From a virus: a stretch of DNA of 64,000 bases. This document shows positions 18,309 through 28,900 of the stretch, in pieces; the first letter of the stretch is position 1; the number at the start of each line of letters is the position of its first letter. The notes beneath the pieces are model-generated. The model was not told the origin of the DNA, did not search any database, and saw nothing but the letters and a program-made list of their open reading frames with translations. The translations under genes were made by a program, and so were the position numbers. Location of the stretch: positions 32,001-96,000 of IMG/VR virus record IMGVR_UViG_3300044959_000131. One strand, 5' to 3'.

Positions 18309-21020
18309 GTGGGTCTTCGACTCGTAAATACAGCACCCGGAGAGGTTACCGACCCGATCAAACCTGGTCAGCTCATTCACATGGGTTTGAAGTCTGAAAC
18401 CCTCTCTGTGCAGCTCGCAAGCGTAAATGTCGATATTGGTCTGTCTAGCTTCTGCCACTTTGGAACTCTACCAGAAGATAGTACTAAGCTGGCTGATATC
18501 GGGGTCATCCAATCTTTCGAGACCTCCGAGCGTCGTCGACCTATTACTGGAGAAGTTGCGAAGTCTCTATCGGCTGGTAGCATTGTTCTCACCAAGACAT
18601 CGAACAGTCTTGGTGAAAAGGGAATCTACGAGCTCAAGATTCCTATCACTCCCGTCAGCTCTATACTTGCATACTTCAAGTTTCGAAAGAAGTCTGCTTG
18701 GACGACCTATAACCCGGATTGGTGCAGCCTCACTAACATGGTGGGGATGTACTTTGGGGTTGAGCACGGGACGTTCAATACTGCTGCCTATGCCTTTTTG
18801 AGGGACAACGGAAGCGGAGGCTCAATCGTCTTCTGTGGTCCTTTGCAATCCTACAACACTGCACGACCTGGGCAGATAGAGCTCGCAACGGATCTAGACC
18901 CTGCAAGCGCGGGCTCTCAGGGATGGATGAGTCTTGCAGATAACGCAGTTATCGAGCTCTTCATCCGGATCAATACCTACACAAACCCATTTAGAGCAGA
19001 GCTGTGGACGAGGATTGCATCGACTCCGGCTCCTGTTTTTCAAGGCAGCATCCCTCTTGCCAGCCTTGGCCAGTTTCCAAATAGCGTATTTACGAACTCC
19101 AGGTCAGGTACGTCAGAAACAGCAACTCTCTTCTTTGGAAACATTGGCAGAGCCGGAGACGTGCTTCAAATCGACGATTGGGCTCTCTTCCCAGACTTTC
19201 GGACCAATATCAAGTCTGGCATTCCAATGTCGAACTGCGGCAGGCTGATCGTTCCAGACGTACCGATTCTGTACCGAAGCGCGGATAGAAAACTTCCGTC
19301 AGAACTCAAAGTCGCTCGTTGGTTCCAGGTTACCGGTCCTGGTACCATTCAACCAGATCCAAAACTTTTCTACCAACCTGGAACGTACCTAAAACCGGCT
19401 TGGATGAGCCTTACCAAGTCAGAGGCCGGTGTCAAAGCGTTCAAGAGGACTGAGCCTCGGCTTGAGACTATGAGCGATGGGTTCATGGTTGAGGCTTTCC
19501 TAGCCGGTACGAGTAAAAATCGAGATGGTGACTTGGTAGGTCCTGGATTCGTCGTCGAAGATGGGACGCGAGCTTACCGAGTCGTAATGCTTGAGACATC
19601 GTCTCAAAAGCTATACGGTCTACACTCGTCCGGGCCAGTGACGGCGTCGTCGAGCTATTACCTACCTGACCACGAAATAGACTTCAGAAGCCTGAAGCTC
19701 GTACGTCTCACGGTCGATAGATTGAGGTCAAAGGTCTACGTACACGTGGACAACGAGAAAGTTATCGAGGCCCCAATTAATACCAGGCCACAAATCAACT
19801 CTGGTATTCAATCGTTCCCTGTTACGAACGTCAGCGGGAATGATCTCATCATCGATGTGACGACAGACGGTGGGGCCTCGTGGACTCCTCACACGCATAC
19901 CTTTTCGTCGAACCCAACAAGCATCTCTGCAATCGTCTCAGAACTGAATGGAGATGCTGGGTTTGTTGGAGTCGGACCTTCTCAAATCGAAGCTCTGGAC
20001 AGAGGTAACACTTTCGCGATCAGAACCATTCACTCTGGTCCTCTCATGGGAATCAGAATCAACGGGGCCAGCTCGGCAGTTGGTGTGGGCGGTCTCAATA
20101 TGACCATCCCGAGCACGACGTTTGGTGAGTCTGGTGTGTTCCCGTCCGCATCTGACACAGTCGGAAAAGTCATCTTTGGTCATCCTCTCCAACAGACTTA
20201 CGACGCCGAACTGAAGTTGGCCTCCATCAGCTACATGACTCGGTATCTGGCGTGGGAGGCTGAGGACTCTCTTGCCCCAGACTCTGTAGGAATCGAGCCA
20301 GCCCGTCGATTTAACCTCGTATCTATTGGCGCAGGATCGTCTGATATAGATTCATCAAAGTTGACGATTACGAAGGCCGACTTTTCGAACATCAACGCAA
20401 GGCGCTACTACAAAAAGGACCAGCCATTAAGTAACGTTGGAGGCATCGTCGTAGACTTCGGATTCAGGGTTACTAACTACACCAATCATCTCGGTCGAGT
20501 AAACGCCCCGAACGTTGCTTTGGGAGCCGGGGTCGTCATCTTCTTGGGAGATAAAAGGGTCTTCTTAAATCTATACGATTGTGGGTTGAGTGGAAGGAAG
20601 ATCGGCATCATTCCAGGGTCTGGATCTGAGAATGACATTATCAACCAGACTGAGTTGGGTCTGAAATTCTCGGCTCCAGTCGATTGGACCCGTCACAACT
20701 TCTACAGATTGTCAGTACGAAGCTTCCACGCAATCGAGCTCTGGGCTGGTTCTGTGACTCAGGATCCAATTGTTTCGATACCATGGAGAAACGATATAGA
20801 CGGGTTCGATTTGCCGAATGATCTGACGAGCCCAGGTGTCGCCTTTGGGCACTTTCACTTTTTGACGAGTCCAAGTTCTACTGCCGTAGAGTGGACACAC
20901 TTCAGGTGGGGGTTCTCGAACGGCTACGAAATGGCTCTGAAACAGGAGTACCCAGAAGGGATGCCAAAATATCTGTTTGGCGGAAGGGCCTTCATTCTCA
21001 CCGATTTTGATGAAGCCTAA
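18309..21020 (+). CDS. Baseplate/tail structural protein, beta-sandwich rich
   Basis: 903 aa with a GTG start after GAGG. Its stop overlaps the next start (TAATG). Composition is beta-rich. Confidence 0.55.
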   Translation: MGLRLVNTAPGEVTDPIKPGQLIHMGLKSETLSVQLASVNVDIGLSSFCHFGTLPEDSTKLADIGVIQSFETSERRRPITGEVAKSLSAGSIVLTKTSNSLGEKGIYELKIPITPVSSILAYFKFRKKSAWTTYNPDWCSLTNMVGMYFGVEHGTFNTAAYAFLRDNGSGGSIVFCGPLQSYNTARPGQIELATDLDPASAGSQGWMSLADNAVIELFIRINTYTNPFRAELWTRIASTPAPVFQGSIPLASLGQFPNSVFTNSRSGTSETATLFFGNIGRAGDVLQIDDWALFPDFRTNIKSGIPMSNCGRLIVPDVPILYRSADRKLPSELKVARWFQVTGPGTIQPDPKLFYQPGTYLKPAWMSLTKSEAGVKAFKRTEPRLETMSDGFMVEAFLAGTSKNRDGDLVGPGFVVEDGTRAYRVVMLETSSQKLYGLHSSGPVTASSSYYLPDHEIDFRSLKLVRLTVDRLRSKVYVHVDNEKVIEAPINTRPQINSGIQSFPVTNVSGNDLIIDVTTDGGASWTPHTHTFSSNPTSISAIVSELNGDAGFVGVGPSQIEALDRGNTFAIRTIHSGPLMGIRINGASSAVGVGGLNMTIPSTTFGESGVFPSASDTVGKVIFGHPLQQTYDAELKLASISYMTRYLAWEAEDSLAPDSVGIEPARRFNLVSIGAGSSDIDSSKLTITKADFSNINARRYYKKDQPLSNVGGIVVDFGFRVTNYTNHLGRVNAPNVALGAGVVIFLGDKRVFLNLYDCGLSGRKIGIIPGSGSENDIINQTELGLKFSAPVDWTRHNFYRLSVRSFHAIELWAGSVTQDPIVSIPWRNDIDGFDLPNDLTSPGVAFGHFHFLTSPSSTAVEWTHFRWGFSNGYEMALKQEYPEGMPKYLFGGRAFILTDFDEA

Positions 21021-24000
21021 TGAGTCTAAAAACCCTTATCACCGCATCCGTACTACCGGAGAAAAAGATTCCTACGGCATCGGTCAAAGTTGACCCTGCC
21101 TTCGGAGTCATTGGCTCCGTCGTGAAATTGGATGGCCGACAGAGCTCGGACCCGGACAAGTCGCCACTCACATATACGTGGACTTTCGACTCCGTTCCTA
21201 TTGGTTCCAGAGTAGCCAGGGAGGGTTTCCGTCTACTTGATCCTGATGGATCTGTCGTCTCGTTCTCTCCAGACGTCGTTGGCGAGTACGTCATCGGTCT
21301 GACTGTGTCGAACGGCATGTTCGAGAGCGAGAAAGTTCAAGCCGTCACCAGCATCCGAGCAATATTGGTCCCTCACGGGCGCGGACTAGTACCAGATGGA
21401 AAGTGGATTTGGAGTTACATCAGAGACGTTTGGCAGAGTGTCGAAAACAAAGAGATGTTCGAGACACTCTGGTCAGCTCTCATTCAAATCGTAGGTGCCG
21501 AGCTTTTGAAGCTCTATCAGGTCGATTTCAACAAGAGCATCAGAGACATACAAGACCTATATCAAAGAAGATGGCTATCGTACGAGCCAAAGCTGGACAT
21601 TAAAGCCAACGGACCAAACTTCTTCTTCGGTAACCACTATGCCGGTGTCAATGCATCGACCGTCAACTTAGGTCTGGAAGGATTGGCAATAGTTCTTAGC
21701 AGCACTGAGGTCGTAATCATTGAGGGATCTGTTCTACAGAACGTGGCTGGTGAGTCTTTTACTCTGAAATCGAGCATCGACCCTGCCAACAACAAGTCCT
21801 TCAAGATTACTGGCACAAACAGTTACGGTAACGGGTACAGGCTATCTATTACGTCTCCAATCCCGAACCCTGAGTCAGAGCATATTGACTCGGGAGTTGG
21901 CTTTGTATTCGCTGCGCGCTCCACTCAATGGAATATACATGGCGCTCATGGTAAGCCGTACGCAGAGTTGATGTCAGAGTATGGCTCTCCTCTCGACTAC
22001 CTTTTGCCTCTGTTCATGAATAAATCTGGTGGGGTTCTAGAGACACAGGTCGGTGATGTCATTCACTTCAAGACTGGACCGAACAAGGGCTTCTATCGAA
22101 TCGTTCAGAAGAGCGGTACTTTCATCACCGTCGACCGTGCTCCACCAAGTTTCTCCGACGAGACAACCATACTGAACCATACTGCAGACATTTACCGCCC
22201 AATACGGTTTGAGGTAACCCAGCCGGACAACCTCCTCACCGACACGATTGCCATTCCGTACGATGCCTCAAAGGACATCAGCTCGCTCGCGCCAGGTCGT
22301 GTAATCATCATCAATGGTCTGACATACACCATCGTTCGATGCAAGATCGATAAAAATCAACACACGCCATCCGTTCTCATCACCATCGACCGGCCGATTC
22401 TTCAGAGTGGTCTCCAAGGTTTAAGTTGGAGAACACCTCCAACGCTTGTATCGACGACTCAGAACTTTGAAGAAGAGGGTGTTTCACCGGGCGACGTTAT
22501 TGTGTTTGATATCGTTCAGGACGGAGCCGAAATCTCACATGTTCCGTGCCAAGTTGTAGGTGTCGACAGAGGAAGGATCGGGTTCGTGTTTACCACAGAA
22601 CCTGTAGCTCTTGGTCAGACACCTGAAGTACCGGCTGATGTCATTCTTAAGCTTGCTGATGACTTCCACATCGATGGTCTCATAAAGAACGGCGATGGAT
22701 CACTGACGTACACAGGACAAGCTAAGAAGTACTACGAAACAATAAACTCTACACAGTTCAAGAGGTTGTACTGGAACAAAGAGTTGACTCCAACGACTGA
22801 TATCAGCGTCAATCCGAACTACCAAATCAAGCCTAGGTGCATCTATAGAACGAAGCTCATACCCGTCGACTCGAGCCTTCGCTCTATCCCTCTCCTCCAA
22901 AACCACATCGCTCCGAATAATGTGGTTGAGAGGAACGGCAAGTTCTACAAGCAAAGGAACGGCGTGGAGTATGAAGTACCAGCTCCAGTGTTCCTCAAGG
23001 AGAACATCGACTACATCATTGATGGTGAGTACGCTTTCAGTGGTCGGATGACGTTCAAGACTGGAAGTGACATCATCGAGGTAGATGATGGAGACTTCGT
23101 CGACCGTGGGATTGGACCTGGAGATCAATTCATCATCAAAGAGCCAGTTACACTGGCCAAGACGTACTATGTACAGGCGGTTCTCAGTCCAACCAAACTG
23201 AAGCTCACGAGAGAGGTCCCACTATACGCATTTGGTGACTACGTCACAGCCAATGTTCAAATCAAGCGTAACCGTTCGGGACACTTCATCCGGTTTGCTC
23301 CGGGTCGGTTTACCGCAAAATCTCCTCCCCCAGATAGGCTCTGGGCAGAAGTCTCATTCTTCGACAACAACGAGAACATCGAGAACAACTTCGGAATCCT
23401 TGTTGGTCTTACAAGAGAAGATATCCAAGCAGTCTCGAAAAATCTGAATTACCGGCAAGCTGTGTCCGGTATCATGTATGCCTATCTTCGCGGATCTTCC
23501 ATCGAGAAAGTCAGGCTCGGGGCTCAGATTCTTCTCGGACTTCCTTTTGCTGAACACCGAGGAATCATTCGTTCCATCGAAGATGACTACCGCCTGGACA
23601 TCCATGGGAAGCCGGTTCTTGGACGTATTCTCATAGAAGACGTCGACAATACTGGAACCCCTCTTGGAATTCTCCGTATCTACACATTCCCGATTGAGCC
23701 AGGATCCGAGCTTGCCGGTCTTGAGAAGAATCCAGCAACGGGAGACGTCTACAAGGTTGGAGATATCGTAGAGAAGTTTGCGGCCCTTAGTAAGGGAGTT
23801 GAAATCACCGACTACATCATCAATCCTCTGGACAAGAACCACTCCGTCGAGAGACTTCTTCAGCAGTTCCACTCGATCAGAGTACGTATCAATGACAACA
23901 TCTTTAATCTCAATGAGATTAGCCTTGTCTCTAAGTTCTTGAGGAAGATTACACCCTCGTATATCGCGTTCTTCGTCTCCAGCCTGTCTGAGTTCTTCGA

Positions 24001-25282
24001 CGACGCAAATGTTCTGGACAAGATCGCTCTCAAGAACTCTCTGGGTCCGAGTACGTTGGTGGACAATGCATCTCTGTGCATCCCACCAACTATCAAGATG
24101 GATTCGAGGAGCGTCTCTGGGTTCCATCAAATCTACTTCGATGGTGGAGTCTTCTGGGTCAGAAGAGTAGGAAGTGACCTGACCACATCGACAGGGTCGT
24201 TGGATGTCAGCATACCATCTGGAGGAATACTAAACCCCAAGGCTGGTGAAGTCTTCGAGAGCCCACTGACTAAGGTCGGAGACAGTGTCATCATTCAAAA
24301 CGGTGTCAACAAAGGCATCTACACCATCACGGCAATCGCCAATGACCATACGATGACGCTTGACGGACCGGCCTTTGGATTCACCGGAGAGACCGGCATT
24401 CGATATGCCATCGTACGTCGCATCGGTACCATCATAAGGTCGAGCGAACCCTACTCCTTCTCTTCTGGAAGCCCAGTCGTAACTGGGACTGGAGGGCTCA
24501 GAACTGATGGTGTATCTCCAGGAGATTGGTTCTTGAACATCAACAACACGGCTGGTTTCCGAAGCCGACACCAGATCATTGAGGTTCTTGAGTCGACTCC
24601 TGGTTCTGGTGTATGGGACCAGCTGCGAATCAGCCCTGCACCGACAGCGACAGGTTCAGATAACTTCGCCATCGTCAGGTCCAAGGTCTTTGAATCCCCA
24701 TTCCCAACGATTTTTACAGTAACAGGAATCCCTGGTAACAGAATCAGCGTTCCAGCCGGTTCACTTCTCAAGGGCCTCGTTGAAACGGGCGATATTCTTC
24801 AAGAGTACGATGTATTCTACGACCGGTTGGGCAAAGAGCACATTGTCATTGACAGAGAGGAGCTATACCTGTCTCCACCCATCCCTCCTCTCACGACTGT
24901 CAACGTCAAACTATTCAAGAAGAATAGACCAAGCACTGGTATCGGATGGGACACCATTTCTCAGTGGGATCCGATCGACGTTTTGGATGTGTCCATTGTT
25001 GAGACGCAGTCTCTCGCGTCTTGTGTTGCATCGTCTACCGACGTCACTCTGCAAATGGAAAGAACGACGCCACCGGCCTCGGGGCCGTCGCCTGTCGACC
25101 CAACTCTCCTGAACATTCGTCCGATGGACTATCTGAAGCTGGAGGGAATGTCGTCTCCGTTGGATATCGGCTACGGTGCTGGAGTTTTCCCGATCGTTGA
25201 AGTAACCCCTACTCTTGTTCGCCTTTCCGTGGCATTACCAACTACTGAGACCCTTCCGTGGAGCATCATTCGGAGAGTGTGA
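21020..25282 (+). CDS. Large baseplate wedge protein with an N-terminal PKD/Ig-like domain
   Basis: VKLDGRQSSDPDKSPLTYTWTF...SFSPDVVGEYVIGLTVSNG is a PKD-like signature. It carries repeated GVxxGD beta modules and follows baseplate J. Confidence 0.65.
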   Translation: MSLKTLITASVLPEKKIPTASVKVDPAFGVIGSVVKLDGRQSSDPDKSPLTYTWTFDSVPIGSRVAREGFRLLDPDGSVVSFSPDVVGEYVIGLTVSNGMFESEKVQAVTSIRAILVPHGRGLVPDGKWIWSYIRDVWQSVENKEMFETLWSALIQIVGAELLKLYQVDFNKSIRDIQDLYQRRWLSYEPKLDIKANGPNFFFGNHYAGVNASTVNLGLEGLAIVLSSTEVVIIEGSVLQNVAGESFTLKSSIDPANNKSFKITGTNSYGNGYRLSITSPIPNPESEHIDSGVGFVFAARSTQWNIHGAHGKPYAELMSEYGSPLDYLLPLFMNKSGGVLETQVGDVIHFKTGPNKGFYRIVQKSGTFITVDRAPPSFSDETTILNHTADIYRPIRFEVTQPDNLLTDTIAIPYDASKDISSLAPGRVIIINGLTYTIVRCKIDKNQHTPSVLITIDRPILQSGLQGLSWRTPPTLVSTTQNFEEEGVSPGDVIVFDIVQDGAEISHVPCQVVGVDRGRIGFVFTTEPVALGQTPEVPADVILKLADDFHIDGLIKNGDGSLTYTGQAKKYYETINSTQFKRLYWNKELTPTTDISVNPNYQIKPRCIYRTKLIPVDSSLRSIPLLQNHIAPNNVVERNGKFYKQRNGVEYEVPAPVFLKENIDYIIDGEYAFSGRMTFKTGSDIIEVDDGDFVDRGIGPGDQFIIKEPVTLAKTYYVQAVLSPTKLKLTREVPLYAFGDYVTANVQIKRNRSGHFIRFAPGRFTAKSPPPDRLWAEVSFFDNNENIENNFGILVGLTREDIQAVSKNLNYRQAVSGIMYAYLRGSSIEKVRLGAQILLGLPFAEHRGIIRSIEDDYRLDIHGKPVLGRILIEDVDNTGTPLGILRIYTFPIEPGSELAGLEKNPATGDVYKVGDIVEKFAALSKGVEITDYIINPLDKNHSVERLLQQFHSIRVRINDNIFNLNEISLVSKFLRKITPSYIAFFVSSLSEFFDDANVLDKIALKNSLGPSTLVDNASLCIPPTIKMDSRSVSGFHQIYFDGGVFWVRRVGSDLTTSTGSLDVSIPSGGILNPKAGEVFESPLTKVGDSVIIQNGVNKGIYTITAIANDHTMTLDGPAFGFTGETGIRYAIVRRIGTIIRSSEPYSFSSGSPVVTGTGGLRTDGVSPGDWFLNINNTAGFRSRHQIIEVLESTPGSGVWDQLRISPAPTATGSDNFAIVRSKVFESPFPTIFTVTGIPGNRISVPAGSLLKGLVETGDILQEYDVFYDRLGKEHIVIDREELYLSPPIPPLTTVNVKLFKKNRPSTGIGWDTISQWDPIDVLDVSIVETQSLASCVASSTDVTLQMERTTPPASGPSPVDPTLLNIRPMDYLKLEGMSSPLDIGYGAGVFPIVEVTPTLVRLSVALPTTETLPWSIIRRV

Positions 25283-25283
25283 G

Positions 25284-25946
25284 ATGTTCAAAGACATCGT
25301 TCGAGTCGCAGACTCAGGATTCACGAAGCTTCGTAGCCGTGTTGGGAAGCTTCTTGATGCGAGAGCTTGGTTCGAGCCATCCGACGAAAAGTCCGTTGTC
25401 GAGGTCAAGGGGTGGGTCAGCCTATGCCTACGGGAAAGGGGTAAGATCGTCCCTGGCTCTAGGCGTGAGGGTCATAACATTTGGACCAACACGGGCCGAG
25501 AGTACCTCGCCCTCTTGATGAGCATCGAGACGCCGCCAACTTCGGCGTTCAGAAACGACAGAATCGCGTACATTGGTGTAGGTACTGGGTCCACTGTCGA
25601 GGACGTAGGAGTCATTAGACTCGCCAATCCAGTGCAGTACGTCATTGGACAGTTCCTCGCGCCTCTGGATGTGCCGCCGACCTTCCCACTCACTCCAACA
25701 CGAACGACTGTCCGTTACCATAGGACCTTTGCTGAAAACGAAATTACGATTACTCCTGGATCGCGGGTCGACATCAGCGAGATGGGATTGTTCACGAACG
25801 GTTCGCCAACGTCTCATGTCCCAGGTACGAGGGATACCGGAATCGCGAATGCTGGTTCTCAGTCTCCATGCGCATACAAGACGTTTGAACCTATCGGTAA
25901 GACGGACTCCCTAGAGCTCGAGGTCTCTTGGGAGATCAGGTTCTAA
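25284..25946 (+). CDS. Tail-collar/fibre-attachment-like protein
   Basis: HNIWTNTGREYLA...IAYIGVGTG...ISEMGLFT resembles tail-collar fibre proteins. Start moved to ATG 25284, 1 nt after the upstream TGA and following GGAG. Confidence 0.6.
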   Translation: MFKDIVRVADSGFTKLRSRVGKLLDARAWFEPSDEKSVVEVKGWVSLCLRERGKIVPGSRREGHNIWTNTGREYLALLMSIETPPTSAFRNDRIAYIGVGTGSTVEDVGVIRLANPVQYVIGQFLAPLDVPPTFPLTPTRTTVRYHRTFAENEITITPGSRVDISEMGLFTNGSPTSHVPGTRDTGIANAGSQSPCAYKTFEPIGKTDSLELEVSWEIRF

Positions 25947-25961
25947 TTAGGAGAGTTTCCA

Positions 25962-28900
25962 ATGGCTCAGATGGAATTCTTCCGTAGGCCACAGCTTGCT
26001 GGAAACAACATCCCTCGTCTCATTTCCGCGACAGTTCGAGGAAGTATTCGCCGTTCTGACCCAGATGGAATCTCACCGAGTCCGTACTTTCCAGGAGTCT
26101 CGGCAGGTCAGACACTAGACCTGAAGATCGATGGCGCTCCAGTTTCCGTGACATTGACTGGAAACACGCTATCGACAGTTTTAGACGACATCAATACGGC
26201 ACTTGGGCCTTCAGGGTACGCATACTCAGAAGACGGCGTCATCGCTATTCAGACGAATCAGCTTGGCGCAAATGGGTCGGTTGAAATCGTTGGTGGTACT
26301 GCGGCAGCCGCTCTTGGATTCGATATCTCTCTTGGACAGATTCGTTCTACCGGTGGAGACATTCCGAGCACGCCAGAGGGTCGAGTTGGGAACTGGTTCG
26401 GTGTCAGCTTCCCGAACAGGAATGACAATCTCACATCTGAGAGTCTGAACCGGCCTTTGGCACGTCTGGCCGGTAACCTCGACGTTCTGTTCTCAGAGCA
26501 CGTTCGTGAGGATGCGCTTCCGAGGAAGATCAACTTCACCGTTTCTCCAGACGGTAGGATTCTTACGCCGAACTCTGCAGACGATGTTCGCGTATTTACA
26601 GGACTTGGACTCCTCTCAAAGGACTCTACAAAGGAAGAGTTGGCCCCGTTTTTCTTCCTGGTAGACACAGTTACCAAACTTCCTCCCGCAAGCCGAGTGG
26701 TTGGAGTCGTTCGCGGAACTCCGTCAGGCTTGCCTCCGTACGCCGACGCAACGTCCTGGACAGGACCTGGCAGCACCGGAAACGTTCTTGGTGTCGACCT
26801 TCAAAAGTCGGCTGGAACCATCACCAGCATCAAGAACGGTCGGGTCATCCAAGTCGCTGGGGCAAACTTCATAGCAGACAAGGTCCGGCCTGGAGACTAC
26901 GTCAAAATCACTGGCGCCACCAACCTAACGCCGTGGAGCAACAACGGATACAGATGGGTCGTTGAGGAGGTCATCGACGCTCAGCACATCGCCGTGAGGC
27001 CGATGTCGAAGTCCGAACTGGCTCATGTAGGAACGTCATCGACTGAGGCTCAGCCGATCGTCGAACTCAACATGGCCAAGTCTGCGACCGAGGTCTACGG
27101 TTCCGTCGAAATCTGGACCGGAACGTACATGAACGACGTCCGTATCGTCGTCGACCCGCCAATTCCTTCCGGTGCAACGTATGAACTCTTCTTGTCATCT
27201 CCTGGAGACCTCAGGTCAAAGCGTACCTACGAGTCTCAGTTCAAAGACGTTGCAAATAGAGAATGGGCATCTGACCTGCGCCCATCTCCAAACGTGCTGT
27301 TGGTGTCTCCGACCGTAGCCTCGTGGAACTCATCTTCTGTCGTTCTAACAGGAGGCTACGCACGGTTCTCAGACCGTGTTGTTTACATCCCACCAAAGAC
27401 CTTCACCGCAGCCGATTTCAGCACTCCAGGTGTCAACTACGTCTACTGGGACAAGGACACAAACGAAATCAAGACTACCAGAAGCCACGTCAAGGTGGTG
27501 AACTCAGACCCGACTCAGCCACCCGGTTCTGGGTTCGCTGGAGATACACAGGCATCTCAACACATCATCGCGGAAGTCTGGAAGAGCGGTTCGAACATCT
27601 CGTCTGTACTCTTCGAGGGTCGGGCAGTTGGAGAAGAGGCTTCTCATCGAGTTGTAACAGTCGGCGTCGGAGGGCAGTTCTCCAAGCTCGAGGACGCTGT
27701 CAAATTCATCAATCGATGGGCCAAGGGAAACAACTTCCGAACCAGCACATACCCGCAGTTCGAGATTGTAATTGTCAGTGACACAACTGTCGACTTCTCG
27801 ACAATCACGAATAACAACAACGACTATCCGGGTTTACCAAGCATCTTTTTTGATGCTTCAGTCAGAGTTCGTGGAGCTAGTCCAAACGTAAAGCTCGTCC
27901 TCAAGAACTACGCTTCTGGAACTCCATTCGACTGCGGGTACTCTGGTTCTGGTACCTACCAGTTCGAAGATTTGACCATCACGTGTGATAGCTCGTTCTC
28001 GTCTGCCACACTATTCTTTGCCAGATCTGGATCCAACATCTTCTTCAAGAATGTCAGGACTCTTACTGATCAAGGTGTTGGCGGATTCCTTGAGTCTAGT
28101 GGCCTGACCGCCGTAATCGACTCCTGCGTCATTACAGGAATCAGGGCGTCTCTCGTCAAGACATCTGTTGCGAGCTCATCCTGCGACTTCGAAGTTTTCA
28201 ATTCGAAGGTCTCGATGCACTCGGTCGTAAACAGCTCACCGGGCATCTTCTACGGCACGGTCGGTGAAGTATTCTATGCAAGAAGACTCGTTGTTAGAGA
28301 CTGTGCGTTTACCGATCTTAGTACCGACCAGGGATACGCTGGACGACCGTTGATTGGGAAATTCTTCTTATACACTGTGTTCGATGGATGTACTTTCTCA
28401 GGGGTCTCAGGAGGTCTAACACCGGGACAGAACTCCGTTCTTTTCAAGTTTGTAGCCGGTGGTGATGGGGGACTTTTCATCTCGAAGTGCCAGACGTCTC
28501 TGTTACTACCTCCAACGAGGTGCTTCATCGACTCTGGCTCTCAGCAGGACCGTTGCTACATCGACAGCTGCCGAATCGTACTCAGTCCAGATGACCCAAG
28601 CGCTCCTGGCATCAGAGCAGGATCCGTTACCAACTGTGACATTATTGGCTTGACAGGAACGAATCAAACACTTGTCGCCGTCTCAAGAAGGTTTGCCGGA
28701 AACCACGTCTCTGGATCTGCGGCAATTGGCGTACGAAATGACCTGACGTATCAAACGGGCTCGAACTTCTTCGCGGACATTTCGTACAACAGATTTGAAC
28801 TCTCTGGCGGTACTTCGATCCTTGTCACGTCCAACGGACAGAACAACAACGGTGTAACGGTTCATGGAAATCAAATCTTGTTGCAGGGAGCCAACGCGGT

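Noticed and set aside
23354-24130. 258-aa antisense ORF, and similar shadow ORFs at 3890-4438, 8909-9451, 26258-26776 and 29220-29768
   Set aside because: They lie entirely opposite long genuine genes and show no RBS or recognisable motifs; expected antisense open frames.
25215-25283. N-terminal extension of ORF 25215 as given in the track
   Set aside because: It overlaps the upstream gene; ATG 25284 has an RBS and directly follows the upstream stop.
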